NCBI GenBank assembly: GCA_043228905.1
Contig: JBHGNT010000003.1
Location: forward strand, 2,480,001 to 2,544,000
Length of the DNA stretch: 64,000 bases
Direction: 5' to 3'
From: Azolla caroliniana
Lineage: Eukaryota > Plantae > Polypodiophyta
Shown here one piece after another: positions 12,922 to 27,347 of the stretch. Positions within the stretch are counted from its first letter, which is position 1. Every line of letters begins with the position of its first letter. The position numbers and the translations under genes are program-made. Below the pieces are notes generated by a model, which was not told where the DNA came from, made no database searches, and saw only the letters and a list, made by a program, of their open reading frames with translations.

Positions 12922-15389
12922 TTTATGTCCAAGCTTGATTTCCCTGTTGAAATTCTCTTAAGCTTCTTGTTGATATTCAAATTTATATTCTCTTGATGCT
13001 TTCTTGCAGAAGTCTTTTCTTGCGGGAGATAAGAACAGAGAGAAAAGTGTGAGAGAGAGAAGGGGAGATAAGAATGCCAGAATCATAGGTATGGAGAGAG
13101 ACCATAATCATGCCAGTTTATTTATACACAGAAAGCAAATATTCCAGTCTGTTTTTTAGTCAATTCTTCAATAATCTCAGAAATCTCGTGGATGTGGATG
13201 AGCTGGGTATACCAAGAAAAGTCAAATCATTGGTTTGTGGATGTGCAGGAACTTTTCTCAATACATACTCCCTGCCATTCTTTACTTTATATTATTCGCA
13301 AGCTTGATCTTAATTTTAGAGACAAAGTTTTCCTTTTCGTGAGTCGAATTGGTTAGATTTGATTGTGCCGCTCTCTGTTGATTAATGATAGGAAATACAT
13401 CAGTAATAACAATACATTTATAAAACACAAATATTGATCAAATAAATTTTCCCAACGTATACGAAATTGGATTAGAATTTGATCTCAAATCAGTAGAAAA
13501 TGGGATGAATTGACTCAATTCGTTTACATAGTGCAATTGTTTGACAGGAAATAAGAACAAAAAAATAAACTGAAACTTTGGGAGTGTCTGAGTAGTTTGT
13601 CGTCGACGCAGAATTCCTAGCTGTATAAGTTTAAAATCCGCCCATATTTTAGTATCTTGAAGTATAATCCATGAAAAGCATACTTATTTGTCAATCGATG
13701 AATGATGGGTTGTTCTAACTCGTGATCCCGTATTGCGAAATATAGGCAAAAACAATTGTGATTAATTGCTTTCTAAGTCAAATGTATTGAAAGTTGAGAG
13801 TAACCTAGCACTGCATTATTGGCCTACAAGGAATCCATGTAACTATCCTAGGAATAAAGAAGTCATGGAAGAACATGAAATGTAACAAAATCATGATTTG
13901 TGATTATGTTGTTGTCAATATGTAATGGAGGAATGGGAACAAGATTGTTCAGGTATATTACCTATTTTTGAGTTGGGCTCTACCCATTCAAGTAAAGGGT
14001 AACATCATGGAGATTCCGCAAAACCTCTTTCGTGAAAACCTTTGTGGGAATGAAGAAGGCAAGATCAAAAGAAGCGGAATGGCATAAATTCTATACACAA
14101 ATACATGCACATGCACATACATGCACTTAAACATGGTAGTATACACATATACTACTTTATCAAATATAAATTGTACTAGAACAAAATTCATATTTGACAA
14201 ATGTGACAAAGTCATCTTCTGCGGTTTAAGTCCTAGATGTCGATAGTTTGTGGGACACGAGAGATGTGACACCTTTGTTTCTCTCTTTCTCTCTCTCTCC
14301 CTCTCTCCCAAAAGACATTATATCTTTCGTTTATTTGTCTGTCTCTTTCTCTCCATTACATATTTGAAAAGTTTTTAAGTGATATAGATTCTTTGCAAGC
14401 CATTGCAATGTTTGGTTTAGTTCCAACTTTCTATACACTTTACATTTTTTGTAACTTTCTATACGTTTTTTGGTTTTTTCATTGTCTTGCAACTTGTTCG
14501 ACTACTACAGTTACTAACTATAAAGAATATAAACACTTTTGTGCCTCATAAAAGTACAAGACTGATTCATTTTTATTTGAAAATGTACATATGGATGTAT
14601 GTGAAGGTATTCTAGAATTTTTGTATATTGAGTTACTTAACATGTGGTGTCATGATAAGGACATGTTGGTTTAGTCTGATCATAGAGGATAATCGTCAAG
14701 ATATCCCACAATCCATTCAAGTTATTGTTTTTGGAGAGATTTTTGTATGTGAAATTTCTTCGTGTCAGCAGTAGATGAGTTTTTTCCGTAAATGCAACCT
14801 TTTGAGTGTCACATTTTTCATCTCTACAACCTACTCACTCACGTCCCCATCCATGAAACATCTATATACATAAGTAACCGACAATGTCAGTGATTGTTAA
14901 TCACTATAATTCGGGCATTCAACATTACAAGCTAAAACACTAATCACATTTTTAGCTTTATGCATCATTTTGTCTTATGGAATTATGCATGAGCGTAAAA
15001 AGTTACCATTGATTGGCAGTCAAACATGCGTGCATTACTTGTAACAGGTTCCCAACTAATTTGATAACCACCAGACGATTTATCTAAACTACAATATCAG
15101 ATTGCATAATCCACCATGTTTTTATGAGTACATTGAAATTTATAATGTAAAGTATCCAATATTGAGTGTGACTTTGTTTAGTTGTACTTCAATCTACACC
15201 TTCCACAATTATAAGCTTGTATGGATAATAAATCAAACACATAATAAACATAAACAAGAAAACATAGGTGAGATAATCAAGTAAAATGAAATCCAAAGTA
15301 ATCAACAAAGCCCAACAGTTCATAATTGTTTTGAGCTTCTTTATTTCAGCTCTTGGGTTTAAGAATAGGTTATTCGAGGGCTTCATGTG

Positions 15390-16180
15390 ATAAGCTTCGA
15401 TCGTATAGATCATCTGCAGTATCAAGACCAATAGCAGTAGAAACACCCCAAGGACCGAAATCGATTACCTTGGGCGACAAAATTATGTGCCACGAAACAC
15501 CATATACATGGGGCACCAACGGCTCCTATAGTGCTCCATTACATTGCGGGCATGGCCGAGTCGAGACATTGATGCACATGTTGACCAATTTGATATGTTA
15601 TGTCTTCCCATGAAACTCTTCACGAACAGTGCCTTACAATGATCAAGAGACGAGCTTCCCTACTTTCAATACAACGGTCCGATGGTTAGGATTCAAGGGG
15701 AATATGGGCGTGGCTTGACCTCCAACAATGCTCGAGGAGGGGTCTAGATCATTGAGCTTTCATTGGACTCATGTGTATTAGCATCAACACTAGCATTCTC
15801 GAGCTTGAGTGTCATGTAGTCTCTCCATTCATTTTCTTCGGTGAAGTTAAACTTACCGAGTGGCATGTAGTCTCTCTATTCGTCTTCTTCAGTGAAGTTC
15901 TGATCCATGGGGGTGCTTACATGGCAGCTAGGAGGGATGGGTTCATCCATTTCAAGTGTTCTTTAGTCTACGAGCTGATTTGCCTCATTATATTGTGACA
16001 ATGAGCATTTCGAACTCTTCATCTATAAGGTTGTGAATAGTTCTTAGAGTTGTTAGATGGTTCATTCCATGCTTGTTATTGGTTTTTAAAGAGATGCAAA
16101 GCTTTGTGTTAGCACCGGTTTCGTTCGCATCGTGGACTTACCCTACCTACCCCCCCATAAGTGAGTAATTTCCCAACATT
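15390..16180 (-). pseudogene. DUF247 pseudogene relic
   Basis: 3' part reads ...PMYMVFRGT..SPKVIDF-like; homologous to 46050-46860 and 53875-54685. Confidence 0.65.
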
Positions 16181-17911
16181 GAAACTTCAACTTGTCTTTC
16201 TTTACTCTCTGAAATGCTCATCAATCAATATAACTCATCCATGCTCTAGTCTCATTGGTAGAGAGTCGAGACAACTTTATCTCATAGGCCTAAGGCAACT
16301 TTTACTTCCGTCTTCCAATGTCAATGAAACAACATTTTCACAAAGTTCATACAAACCAAACATAAAGACAAGGTACCTTTTAGAAAGAAAGAGAAGGTAC
16401 CTTTTATAAAGACAAGGTATCTTATAAAGATGGAAAGACTTGGATTGAAGGAAGGGGAGTATTTGGGGGAATAATACAAACCAAAATGTACTTCATTGGT
16501 CATGAACAAGACAATTACTTATTTGACTCTTAAATCACTATGCAAATACTTGTAACAAATTGCTCAACAATCCATTGCCCACCAAGAAATTTATTGTAGG
16601 TACAATATCTAGTTGCAACTACCATGTTGGGCTATGTTTTTAGAAGTACATGGATGCTTATGATCAAGGTTACAATGTTGGTAATGAATTAGCTTACTTT
16701 TGCTACAATGATGGTCAAACTGGTTTATCAATTAAATAAACATCAATAACCAGATATAAATAAAATGATGAAACAAAATGAGATCCCAAAGAAACAAAGA
16801 AAGCTCTCAAGGGTTTAAGGTAATTTGATGAACGTGGGATTAGGAAGACAAACAACCAAGAAGAAGAACAGGATATTGTGCTTTAGTACTTCATTGTGAC
16901 AATTGCTTAATTTTACTCCCACAATATCTATTCCCATCAATACATGAAACTCAAAAAATGACTCACCACATGTACATAATCTTCCACAATTTCAGAAACC
17001 AATCTGGATTACAAGTCAATAAAACATGATTCGCTATAAGTACATAATCTTCCAAATTTTCATAAGCCAATGTGGATTATAAATCAATAAAACATAAATA
17101 ATGGGAAATAATTGAATCAATAATTAGAAATCTAAATCCCCAAATGAATCAATGAAGCTCAATATTTGATTGTGGTGAGCTTCTCTATGATTGTATGCAT
17201 ACCAAAAGCGTGGATTTGATTCTCATTTAGGCGAGCTTGATCTCCATCATTTAGAATCTTGGCAAGAACGAACCAATGGTGGCCTTATGGTGGCATCTGG
17301 TTTTCTAGTCGGCTCAAGAAAAAGGGAGAAAATGAAGGAGCCAACAAGGGTCTAAAATTTCTGAACCTAACACAAATGGCTTGAGAGAAAGCAAACGAAT
17401 TGAATGCTCAACTTAATACTGTTCGTATAACTGTTTGAGAGATGTATGTATACTCCAAATAATAGAAACTCAGAGACATTCTGGTTTCTACTTTGTCGAT
17501 CTACAATTGAACACTAATAAATAAATTTGATAAGAAGGATTTCTTTAAACATAACTGTTTCCATTTCCTTTGAATCGATGCATTGATTTTCCCTGTGCTG
17601 TCACTAGGCCAATATCCCGAATCAATTCTGCTCACATATTTTGTGAAAGGCTGAAGGCTATGGTTCTAAACTAGAAATTAATATAATATTTGCTCTGTTT
17701 TTACTGAAAGACATAAAAGTTTGTTATTGTTTTTTCTTCTTTTACTTTCTGAAGTGTTATGTGAGTACATACTTATATGTGCTTAATTGTCTTTTTGTGA
17801 GTCTCATTCTGTTAATTCCATGTTTCTATCCCTCCAATAGACTCAAAATGTATGGACTCACAATGTATATATAGTATTGATTTTCTTTAATTTTGATTCC
17901 TTAAAACTATA

Positions 17912-18360
17912 TGATAGGAACGGAAGCGAGAGAATGTAGAAGCATCGTGTTTAAACTCGATCAGTAAGGAGCAATGACCAAATACTAACACAAAATGCAC
18001 AAAGTGACACAAGATTTTAATGTGGAAAAACCCTTAATGTGTGAAACAACCACAGGACAAAGTCCAAAACAATCCACTATCAACAAAGAGAATTCAACGA
18101 AAATACAAGTTCTACCTCTAGATATGCTAGAGTGAAGTAGAGATATGTAGAGAATAATACTATCGACAAAGTGGAGACACAACCATAAGAATAACAACTA
18201 CACTCACAAACACACGAGTGAGAGAGATGGAACCAAGAATAACTAAAAGGATAAGTAAAGAAAAGGCATTCAGGGATCGTTGCCCTTTAATACATACTAA
18301 TAATAAAGGTAATATTAGTAATAATAAAGGAAAGTGACCGCACACATTGTTAACTTAACG
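17912..18360. mobile_element. solo LTR with 5-bp TSD CTATA
   Basis: TG...CG termini; CTATA at 17907-17911 and 18361-18365; the paralogous empty site is visible at ~47105-47145. Confidence 0.8.
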
Positions 18361-21300
18361 CTATATACATATGTATATAATGGGTTAACTCTATTTGAAA
18401 AACAATACTTGAATGAAGTCAATGTTTGTCCTTTATACTAGTACTTAACACACAGAGAAATAATATTGAAGCACGACAGTTTAGACAGTCTCTCTCAGCT
18501 TTGTTCATATGTCACATCGATGATCCTGAATGCACGCAACAAACAAGTTGAATGGATCGTAGAATAACTCTATGATTATCCTAACTGATTCCACTAAATC
18601 TACATTGTAGTAACTTGATGTCTTTAGTACATCCCACAACATGTGCAACATCCCACATGAATCTAGAGGCCCTTCCTCATATGTACATAAATACATACAT
18701 TTTCAAATTAAAATGAATCATATACTTTCCAGTTTCATATGACACAATATGTATCAAAATAACAGTATAGTCTTTATTGCTAGTAATAGGAGAAGTTGTA
18801 CACAACAAAAGAGAGAACAATTATAGTACATTGAAACTAAGTGCCCTTGAGCTTAGCTGAAGTGTAGAAAGTTGAAAGTAACCTATAGCATTGCATTATT
18901 TCCCCACAATGACTCAATATCACTATATCACTATTCTCGGAATGAAAAATCATAGATAAAATTATATGCCACAAAATCAGGATTTGAGATTAAGTTGTTA
19001 ATATGTTATCTAGGAACGTGAATATTGAACAAAACATAATTTGGGAAGATGAAAGGTGAAATATTGGATACTAAGTCTTAGGAACAAATAACAAAAATCA
19101 TGTTATACATATATTATCTGAAGTTCATGTGTGTGTGTGTGTGTGTGTATGTGTGTATGGATTTTCCAAATTCTCACTTGGTTAATCCCAATCATAGGTA
19201 CATCCTTAGCTAGTTTGGTGGGATCCATTACCATCTAGGAACCTAATGGGAGCCCACCAATCATGAGTTTCCATACGTCAAATACCTTGGCACGAAATGG
19301 CAAATGGGAATGACAACCACCGTTCAATATTTCTCACCACTTTGCATTTGACTAACATACACTTCAAACCTTTTTTGTATTAAGTGATAGCCAATTCAAA
19401 GATATGACTTGATGATAATACAATATACTTGTGGTGACTTGTAGCAAGTTTCTAAATCCTTTCACCACCGATCCTCCCAAGGAGCAACTTCTTTCATTGA
19501 AAAAGATCAATGTCACATTTGAATATATATATTTTTATTTCCCCGAAATAAGTTCATAAATTGGGGGAATACATCAGCATTGTTAATTGGCATCTTCAAT
19601 TTGTAGCAAATTGAGATTTAGTGTCGACCACATCATCTCTCACTCCTACAACCCCCATTAACCGAAACAAACAATTGAACTAAGATCTCAATTTCTCTAA
19701 ATTTCCATGTGAATGCAACAATCAAGAAGAAACATGTGAATTGGCTGTGTAATGAATTACAAAGCTCTTGATTCCTTGATGGTGCCCACTACAAAGAAGA
19801 TAATGTTAGAATCTAGTTTAGATTGATTTTCAACTTATCGTTTTTATCTATCAACTTTTAAAATTATTTTGGTAGTGAAATCTTATGCTCACATCTAAGA
19901 AGAGTGTAATTTGCTCCTTCAATTCACACCTAAAAGAGAAGAGCTATGTAAATCAGTTGAAAAAAGAATATACAAGCAACAAGAATTAAAATATGAAGGA
20001 AATCCAAAAAATCCTACAAGCGAAACAAAAACAAATTCCACCTTTCCATCAGACATCATTAAGAATTCATAATTTCTTTTCTTCAGAAGGGCAATCAAAA
20101 CATAACTATGAAAGATATGAAGAAGGTGAAGGTAAAGGATATGAAGACATAGGAAAGTCATTGAAGGATATATGTAAAAATCATGGTTCTTTCCTCCTCT
20201 TTCCCCTTCTTCTAAGTAAATTATGGCTTTTGTCCTAATATAGGTGGTATTTAGGTTTGAGAAATGATGTTGATGATTCATGAGCCATTCATTAGTATTT
20301 ATTGGATTTTTTAAGTTTGAGGTCGTCTCTAAAATTTGTTCCTTTGTGGACTAAAAAACAAAGGGAAAAACCTTGAAACATCCAAGAGTTTTTCTTTATA
20401 GTGAGATGGTACCTATCTTTCTACAAGTAGGTAGGTAGCTTGTAAGAAGGTAGCTTCGTGGAGGGATGTACTCAGAGCCAAAAATCATGTTCGTCAACCT
20501 CATGCAAGAGGATACTAAAACTTGTCGATATGTTACAAAGACAAAGATGTCTTGATCCAGTGTTTCTACTATGAGATGATGATCATGATATAGTACTTAT
20601 CGTAAATGCATTGTTATCATTGATGGATTCATGAAACATTACAAAGAGTATTTGGAGGGATCCCCACTCTTTGCATTTTCTTAAAGAGGGAGAGCGTTGT
20701 GTCACTATATCCATGTTCCACATATCTTGCGGTCAATATCTTCCATGAAATTGCATCTTTCACAGGAAGATCATCGAAAATTTTCCCGACTATTGAGAGA
20801 AAACCACATTTGGCCTACATATCCACTAGGGTATTGGCAATGAAGGTCTCACTCTGTCATCCTTTCTTCACAATATCGGCATGTATTACACTACCTTGAT
20901 TGATGTCTCTAGTATCACCACAAACTCTCAAACAACAAACAAGTACATGTATTTGGCCATATATTATGCGGAATATACCTGTTTCATATATATTGTGTAA
21001 ATTATGTGATCAATGTTAGTGTGTTGCACATATTTTGTATTTATTATCATTAATCCTCAGAAAGCGAGCTCACAAAAAAACAACAAACAACTTTGCCCAA
21101 ACGTTCCCATTACGGAAGAAAGAGAAGCTTTATCGCTAAAATTGAGGCCAAACTAGCGTACAATAAGAAAAACAAACATTAGAATCCAAGCTGTACAAAG
21201 TACAAACCTTTAAAATAAGGAGTTTGACCTTATTATATATGCGATCAGCACATCAACACGCATGGGACGGACCACGTAGGTATGTGGACAACTTTGGATG

Positions 21301-21442
21301 TATGGTTTGGCTGCGGTGTATAAAATGATGATGAAGAAGGGGAAGAAAACCATGCTTCTTTGGTTCACTTCTATTGGCCAAGTCTTTAAGTTTTCACTAC
21401 AGTAGAGGAGGAGGGAGAACTAGCAATTGAGAATCTTGGGCT

Positions 21443-23326
21443 ATGGTGAGATTTACCCCTGTGGAGCTCATCATTGGGCTTACTTTGCCACTATTCCTTT
21501 TCATAGCAGCGTTACATCAGCTATGGAGACATTCAAGCAGGAAGGTTCAGCAGCAGCACGAGAAGAAGCTTCCTTTACCACCGGGCCGTCTCGGCCTTCC
21601 CTTCATCGGCGAAACCCTAGAGCTTTGGCGAACAAACTTGCAAGGGCTCCCGTGGAAATTCTTCGATGACCGCACCTCCGCGTACGGAGAGACATTCAAG
21701 ACGAGACTACTCGGCTTCCCAACAGTAGTTCTTGCTAGCCCTTTGGGTAACAAGGCAGCCTTCTCTAACGTCCATGTCTCTCTTCCCCCTAGCATTCTCT
21801 CAGTCCTCGGGACGGAATCCATCATTGGACATGTCGGAGCTCACGCAACTCTGTTACGGAAGGCCGTCACGATGCTCATGCGGCCTGAATCTCTGCAAAG
21901 ATACACGAGCCCGGTCGATCTCATCATCATCAGGTTCATTAGGGAGCATTTTGAAGGCAAATCCGAGGTCATTCTGGGCCCCCTCATGAAGAAACTCACA
22001 TTCTCTATAGCTTGTGAGGTTCTGCTTGGCCTAGCGGACATAAAAGAGCAGGATAGGCTCTTTGTCCACTTCGATACGATGGTGAAAGGCATGATGCAGA
22101 TGCCCATCAACATTCCTGGAACGAGATATCATAAAGCAGTTGCAGAATCTAATGCCATAAGAAAGCAGTTCCAGACTTGGATCAATGAGAGAAGGCGAGA
22201 TATAGATTCTGGCTCCATCGCTGAGTATCCAGACATCCTGTCCGGTGTTCTTGCATATATGGCCAAGCATGGGAAACCTTTGTCTGATAAGGAGGTGAAG
22301 GACAACATTCTCTTCTTGGTCTTTGCAAACTATGATGCCGCCACCGTCGTAGCCACCATGACCTGCAAATATATTGCATCTGATCCCCACATAATGGACG
22401 AGGTTTACAGAGGTTTGTTTGCCACTCTTTTGGAATCCTGTGATCTCTGTATGGATGTGCTTCTTATTGCTCTTGGTGTGCTCAGAGAACAAGGCTATGG
22501 CGACAAGCAAGGCCCCCGGTGAGCTGCTGAACTGGAGGGATATACAGAAGATGAAGCTGTCATGGAGGGTCGTTCAGGAATCAATGAGACTAGCACCGCC
22601 AGCGCAGTTGTCATTCAGAGTGGCACAGGAAGACATGATCTTCGATGGCTTCAGGATCCCCAAATCATGGAAGGTGAGCACTGAGACACGCAGATCTTTC
22701 TCGCCTTAAAAACATTAGTTTTGATTCATCCATAGAACGTAATATTTGCATTCTTCAGCTCAAACATTTTTTTTCATACGTTTCCAGACGAATGCGTATG
22801 TTATGAAAACACACTCATGTTTTTTTTCGACGTTTTTAAATTCTTTTCTCAGTTTTTCACCTTAAATTTTTTTTTTACCTCATAAGAAATAATGAGTACA
22901 AAAGTATGGTATTTACTATTTACCATACTTTTAGGGTGTTTACCATACTCGAATGCGAATGTAAGAATGATACGTATGGTTTATACTACGGATACATCCG
23001 TAACATGCATTTATATTCCTGCACAGATAGTGTGGTCTCCCAACTCGACCCATCGAAACCCTAAGTATTTCCCGAACCCCGAGAAGTTCGATCCGTCGCG
23101 CTTCGAAGGAGCGGGCCCTGCTCCATTCACGTTTGTCCCTTTTGGTGGTGGCCCTAGGATGTGTCCGGGCAACGAGCTTGCACGCATGGTCATAGTGATG
23201 ATCCTTCATTGCCTGGTCACTCATTTCTCGTGGAACCTCAAGGATCCTAACGAGGCCGTTGTCATGGATGTCATTCCATTCCCTGTGAATGGACTTCCTA
23301 TCCTCCTGCAGCCTCGCATTGCATGA
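21443..23326 (+). CDS. Cytochrome P450, CYP85 clan (CYP716-like); exons 21443-22412, 22486-22673, 23027-23326; 485 aa
   Basis: N-terminal TM anchor, LPLPPG hinge, ESMR (ExxR), [15 protein letters not shown] heme motif; GT-AG introns join in frame (970+188+300 nt). Confidence 0.92.
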
Positions 23327-23528
23327 TATGGTTTCCTAGCGGACGAATGTTGTTCCAAACTGGCAACAATAATAAGACTTGTATATGAGCTATATCTATA
23401 TTATTTAAAGATCTATGCATTGGAATTTGGCACCTTACAATTAGATGTTTGGTGTTTAAACATACAATTATATAAATAAATGTGTCCAATAAACCAAGTG
23501 GTGTCACCGCAACATGGGTAGTGGGTCG

Positions 23529-24297
23529 TAGCAATGGGCCCGGTTTCGGCTCAAACCGAACCGAACCGAAAAACATGGCTTAACGGTTTATATGTTTAGA
23601 GATAAATAAACAGTTTAGTTTGGTTCGGTTGGGTTCGGTTTTGAATTGACCGGTTTAGCGGTTTATTGGCTTATCGGTTTCTGTTTATGTGGTTCGTTTA
23701 AAGGTTTATAGGTTAAAAAATACTGATAAATATTCTCTATAGGCTCTAACTTTCAACTTTTAATTTTAAACTCTTGTTTTAACTTATTAAATTTTATATG
23801 TATTATATATAGAGTCTCTTTTTCATTTATAATGATCAATTATGATAAGTATAACGATCAAATTTATCATAAGTATAATGATCAAATTTATGATTAGTAT
23901 GATGACCAAATTTATGATTAGTATGATGACAAATTTTGTGATAAGTATGATGTCAAATTTTATGATGAGTATGATGACAAATTTTATGATGAGTATGATG
24001 ACAAATTTTATGATGAGTATGATGAAAAAATTTATGATGATTTTCTCACACAAATTTATAATAATTATGATGATTAATATCGATAAAAAATGGTTTGGTT
24101 TTGATTTATGATAAACTGGTTTGGTTTAATTTTTCATAAACGGTTTGGTTTAACGGTTCGGCTCTAAACGGTTCGGTTTAAATGGCTTCATATATTTTAA
24201 AACAGTTTGGTTCGGTTTTTATTATTAATAAATGGTTTGGTTTCAAGGCCAAGAAACCGAACCGAACCGAACCGAAACCGAACCGGGCCCATTGCTA
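23529..24297. mobile_element. Non-autonomous hAT-like element/MITE
   Basis: 15-bp TIRs TAGCAATGGGCCCGG...CCGGGCCCATTGCTA; degenerate 8-bp TSD GTGGGTCG/GTGGTTGG; subterminal AACCG/CGGTT arrays; internal 21-bp minisatellite ~23830-24075. Confidence 0.85.
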
Positions 24298-24319
24298 GTG
24301 GTTGGGACATTGGCATGGC

Positions 24320-24990
24320 TGAGTTGAGACATTTATTCACATGTCATTCCACAACCAATCTCTCATCGTTCTCAAGGTGGTTCTCTATGGTCTCTGCCCG
24401 AGTCAAGATTGCTAGATCTTATTTTGTGTCGATGAACATGTCCATGATAACCCCATACATAGTGAGCTCATCTCTTATTTTGGAGGTTCGTTCATGTGCA
24501 AGGAGGTTCCTCAACACATCCTCGGTAGTGGAAGATCAAACCGAAGGTTTCGCTTGTCGTAGTTCATCATCACCGATATGCTACCATCAATAGCCCTAAA
24601 ACCTTATGCCGGCTTTAGTGAGTCGAGAGGCTGTTGGCAACGGATCACGGTCGTTGGTTATCCTGCGAGCTGCTTGTTTTGTCCATGAAATATTTCGTAG
24701 TCATGGGAATCTACATGGATTGATGACTTGTCTCCTATGCTCTTGTAATAGTTTTCGGATTGCCCAAACATATAGGCAATCAAGTAGATGATTGCAATGG
24801 CAAAATTTTGGAGCTCGGAAATTCTCGTGTTGTGTGGAAACTCTTGAATCAGGTTAATTAGAAACGATACGGGAACTTGGTTGCCCGTCAAGAGCAAGTC
24901 CCTCCAGATTTGGTTGTATGCACATGAGTGTCATGTAGTCTGTCCATTCGTCTTCTTCTGTGAAGTAGTTCTGATCGGTGTAGCTTTTCT
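24320..24990 (-). pseudogene. DUF247 pseudogene fragment
   Basis: Recognisable remnants NQVP, RNLLAHE, LPTASRL.KAGI, ENHL; deleted and frameshifted; upstream region resembles that of 11614..12921. Confidence 0.75.
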
Positions 24991-25013
24991 TGCAGGAGAT
25001 AAAGAATGGAGGG

Positions 25014-25019
<6 letters not shown>

Positions 25020-25058
<39 letters not shown>
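25020..25058. repeat. (GA)n microsatellite
   Basis: Direct observation. Confidence 0.9.
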
Positions 25059-25061
<3 letters not shown>

Positions 25062-26952
25062 TAAGAATGCGTAATTGCTTGATGGGAATGAGAATTAACA
25101 TTAAGTAATGTCAATCTCTCTCCTTCCCTCTCATTGATGTAATGGGAACATAATAAATCATTAGGTATATCTTGGAAATTCTCACGTAAAGAGAATTCTC
25201 AGAGTATGATTTTAAAATCCCGCCATATTTTAATATCGTAAAATATAATCTCTACACGTTATATCCCTGAAAGCATATTTATTCGTCGATCAATCAATCA
25301 TAGTTTGTTCTAACTCGCAATAATTCCATATTAGGAAATATATCTAAAAACAATTGTCATTAATGATTTTGTGTAGAGAGTTGAAAGTAACATAGCACTA
25401 CATTATTTGCCCACATGGAATCTATATCAATATCCTTGGAATAAAGAATCATTCACGGTCCCTACATGTCACTAGATGTATATTGTATCATCCTGAAGTG
25501 ATACCTTTGTATTGGCTATCACCAAAGTTCGGAGAAAAGGTGTGGAACCTATGTTAGTCAAATGTATATTCAAGTTTTCTAGTGATTTGTACATACAATT
25601 AATTATCATTGTCTGCTTTTAGCAAAAAGTAAAATGAGACAGAGAGGAAATCTAGAATAGAAAAAGTAGATGAATTGAATTGTCAATTTAAAGTAGTATG
25701 AGTATGGGAATTTTGTAAGGTTGTCCAATTGTCTTGTCTTGGCATCATCCTAGCAATATCATGTTATCCTAACATGATCACTAAATATCAAATTGTGGAG
25801 AGCAAGAATGGTCATCGAAAGAAAAACTCCACGAAAACTAGCTTTTTGTAAATTGCAATTGTTAGTTACTTCTAAGTCTCCATTATTTCAACTTTCGTCT
25901 TCCTAAGATATGATTGGTTTGTGGCCCATGTAGTTTTTGTTACGAGTTCTCATTTCTAAATTACATACAAACAACGAATATTTCAGCAAATAAGACTGTC
26001 GTATATATTACTTGACAATGCCCATCCTTTAGGTTAAGCTCTTGTGTAAATTTTGGCTATGCATTGTATAGCTACAAGTGGCCACTCTATGATGGGGTAT
26101 CCTAACATTACATTTGTGATGCGATGTGTACATGATTGTCTAATGAGATGAATACAAAATACACTTTGTTGGGAATGAACAAGATAATTCATTAGTTAAC
26201 CAATCCTTGTTACGAGGTACTCAAGAATAAATTAATCAGAATTGTTTCTGGTGAGTTCAATATAGTTTTGCAACTAGCATATTCCACCATGTTTTGATGA
26301 ATCCATTGACTCTTAGGGTATCCATTATTCCTTGACTTGCTTTACTTCTACTACTACATCTTCCAAGAGTTATGAGCTCCTATGGAAAAATAACAGAGAT
26401 AAAGTATAATGAAATCTCAAATGAATCATCAAAGCTCCACACATAAGACTATCATGGTTGTAAGGCAGTATGTATGAATAATGAAAACTCCTTACAATTT
26501 GCATTTGAAGCCTTTCAGAATCTACACGAATGCTTTGCTCTAAACACAGCACACACACGAGGAATGGAAATGGTTCTAACTGCCATTTAAAAGCAAGGTT
26601 AATGATGATGTTCATTATTTTCCATAGAATTTATTACTCTTATTTTGGCATTATCCAACAGTGAAGAGAAAACTTACAGTTAATTGCAGTGTATATATAC
26701 TATGGCATGTGAAACTCTTCATAATTTTAGTTTGCTCCAATATTTCCCTTTCAAAGACAGATAAAACATGTTTGTTATTTACTACTATCCTGTTTGCTGA
26801 AGGTTAATATGTGAATTCTGGTTCATTGCAATCTGCACATTATGAATATGGATGCGTGCATGCAATAATTAGGACTTCAGTAGCATGACATTCACATTTA
26901 TTCAACTTATTGTTCTTGATCTGATGAATATTACCTTTGAAGATACACAAAA

Positions 26953-26986
<34 letters not shown>

Positions 26987-27289
26987 AATGGAAAATTTCT
27001 ACCCTGTGTTTGCATAACAATACTTGGCATTAATTCTGGGCTCCATACATATGCGCCATATGTATGGAGCCTATTTGACAAAGATAATATAATCTGGTAG
27101 GCATACAATATAGCAAAATGGCATTAATTCTGGGCTCCACACATCCGCTTCAGATTCGCATCCTTATCTGTCTCCCCTATTTCTCTCTCCTGGTAGATAG
27201 GTTGACTTTATTGTCATGTGAAGGCATGAACTCGTAGGTGTATAAAAAGAGGTTTGATACTTTGATCTGCTACAGGAAAGCACCAGTTT

Positions 27290-27303
27290 AGAAGAAGAAG
27301 AAG

Positions 27304-27333
<30 letters not shown>
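27290..27333. repeat. (GAA)n microsatellite immediately 5' of the DUF247 start codon
   Basis: About 14 GAA units. Confidence 0.9.
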
Positions 27334-27334
<1 letters not shown>

Positions 27335-27347
27335 GGTAGTTTAAGAG

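Noticed and set aside
23823-24111. Low-complexity Ile/Met-rich ORFs
   Set aside because: Translations of the 21-bp minisatellite inside the MITE
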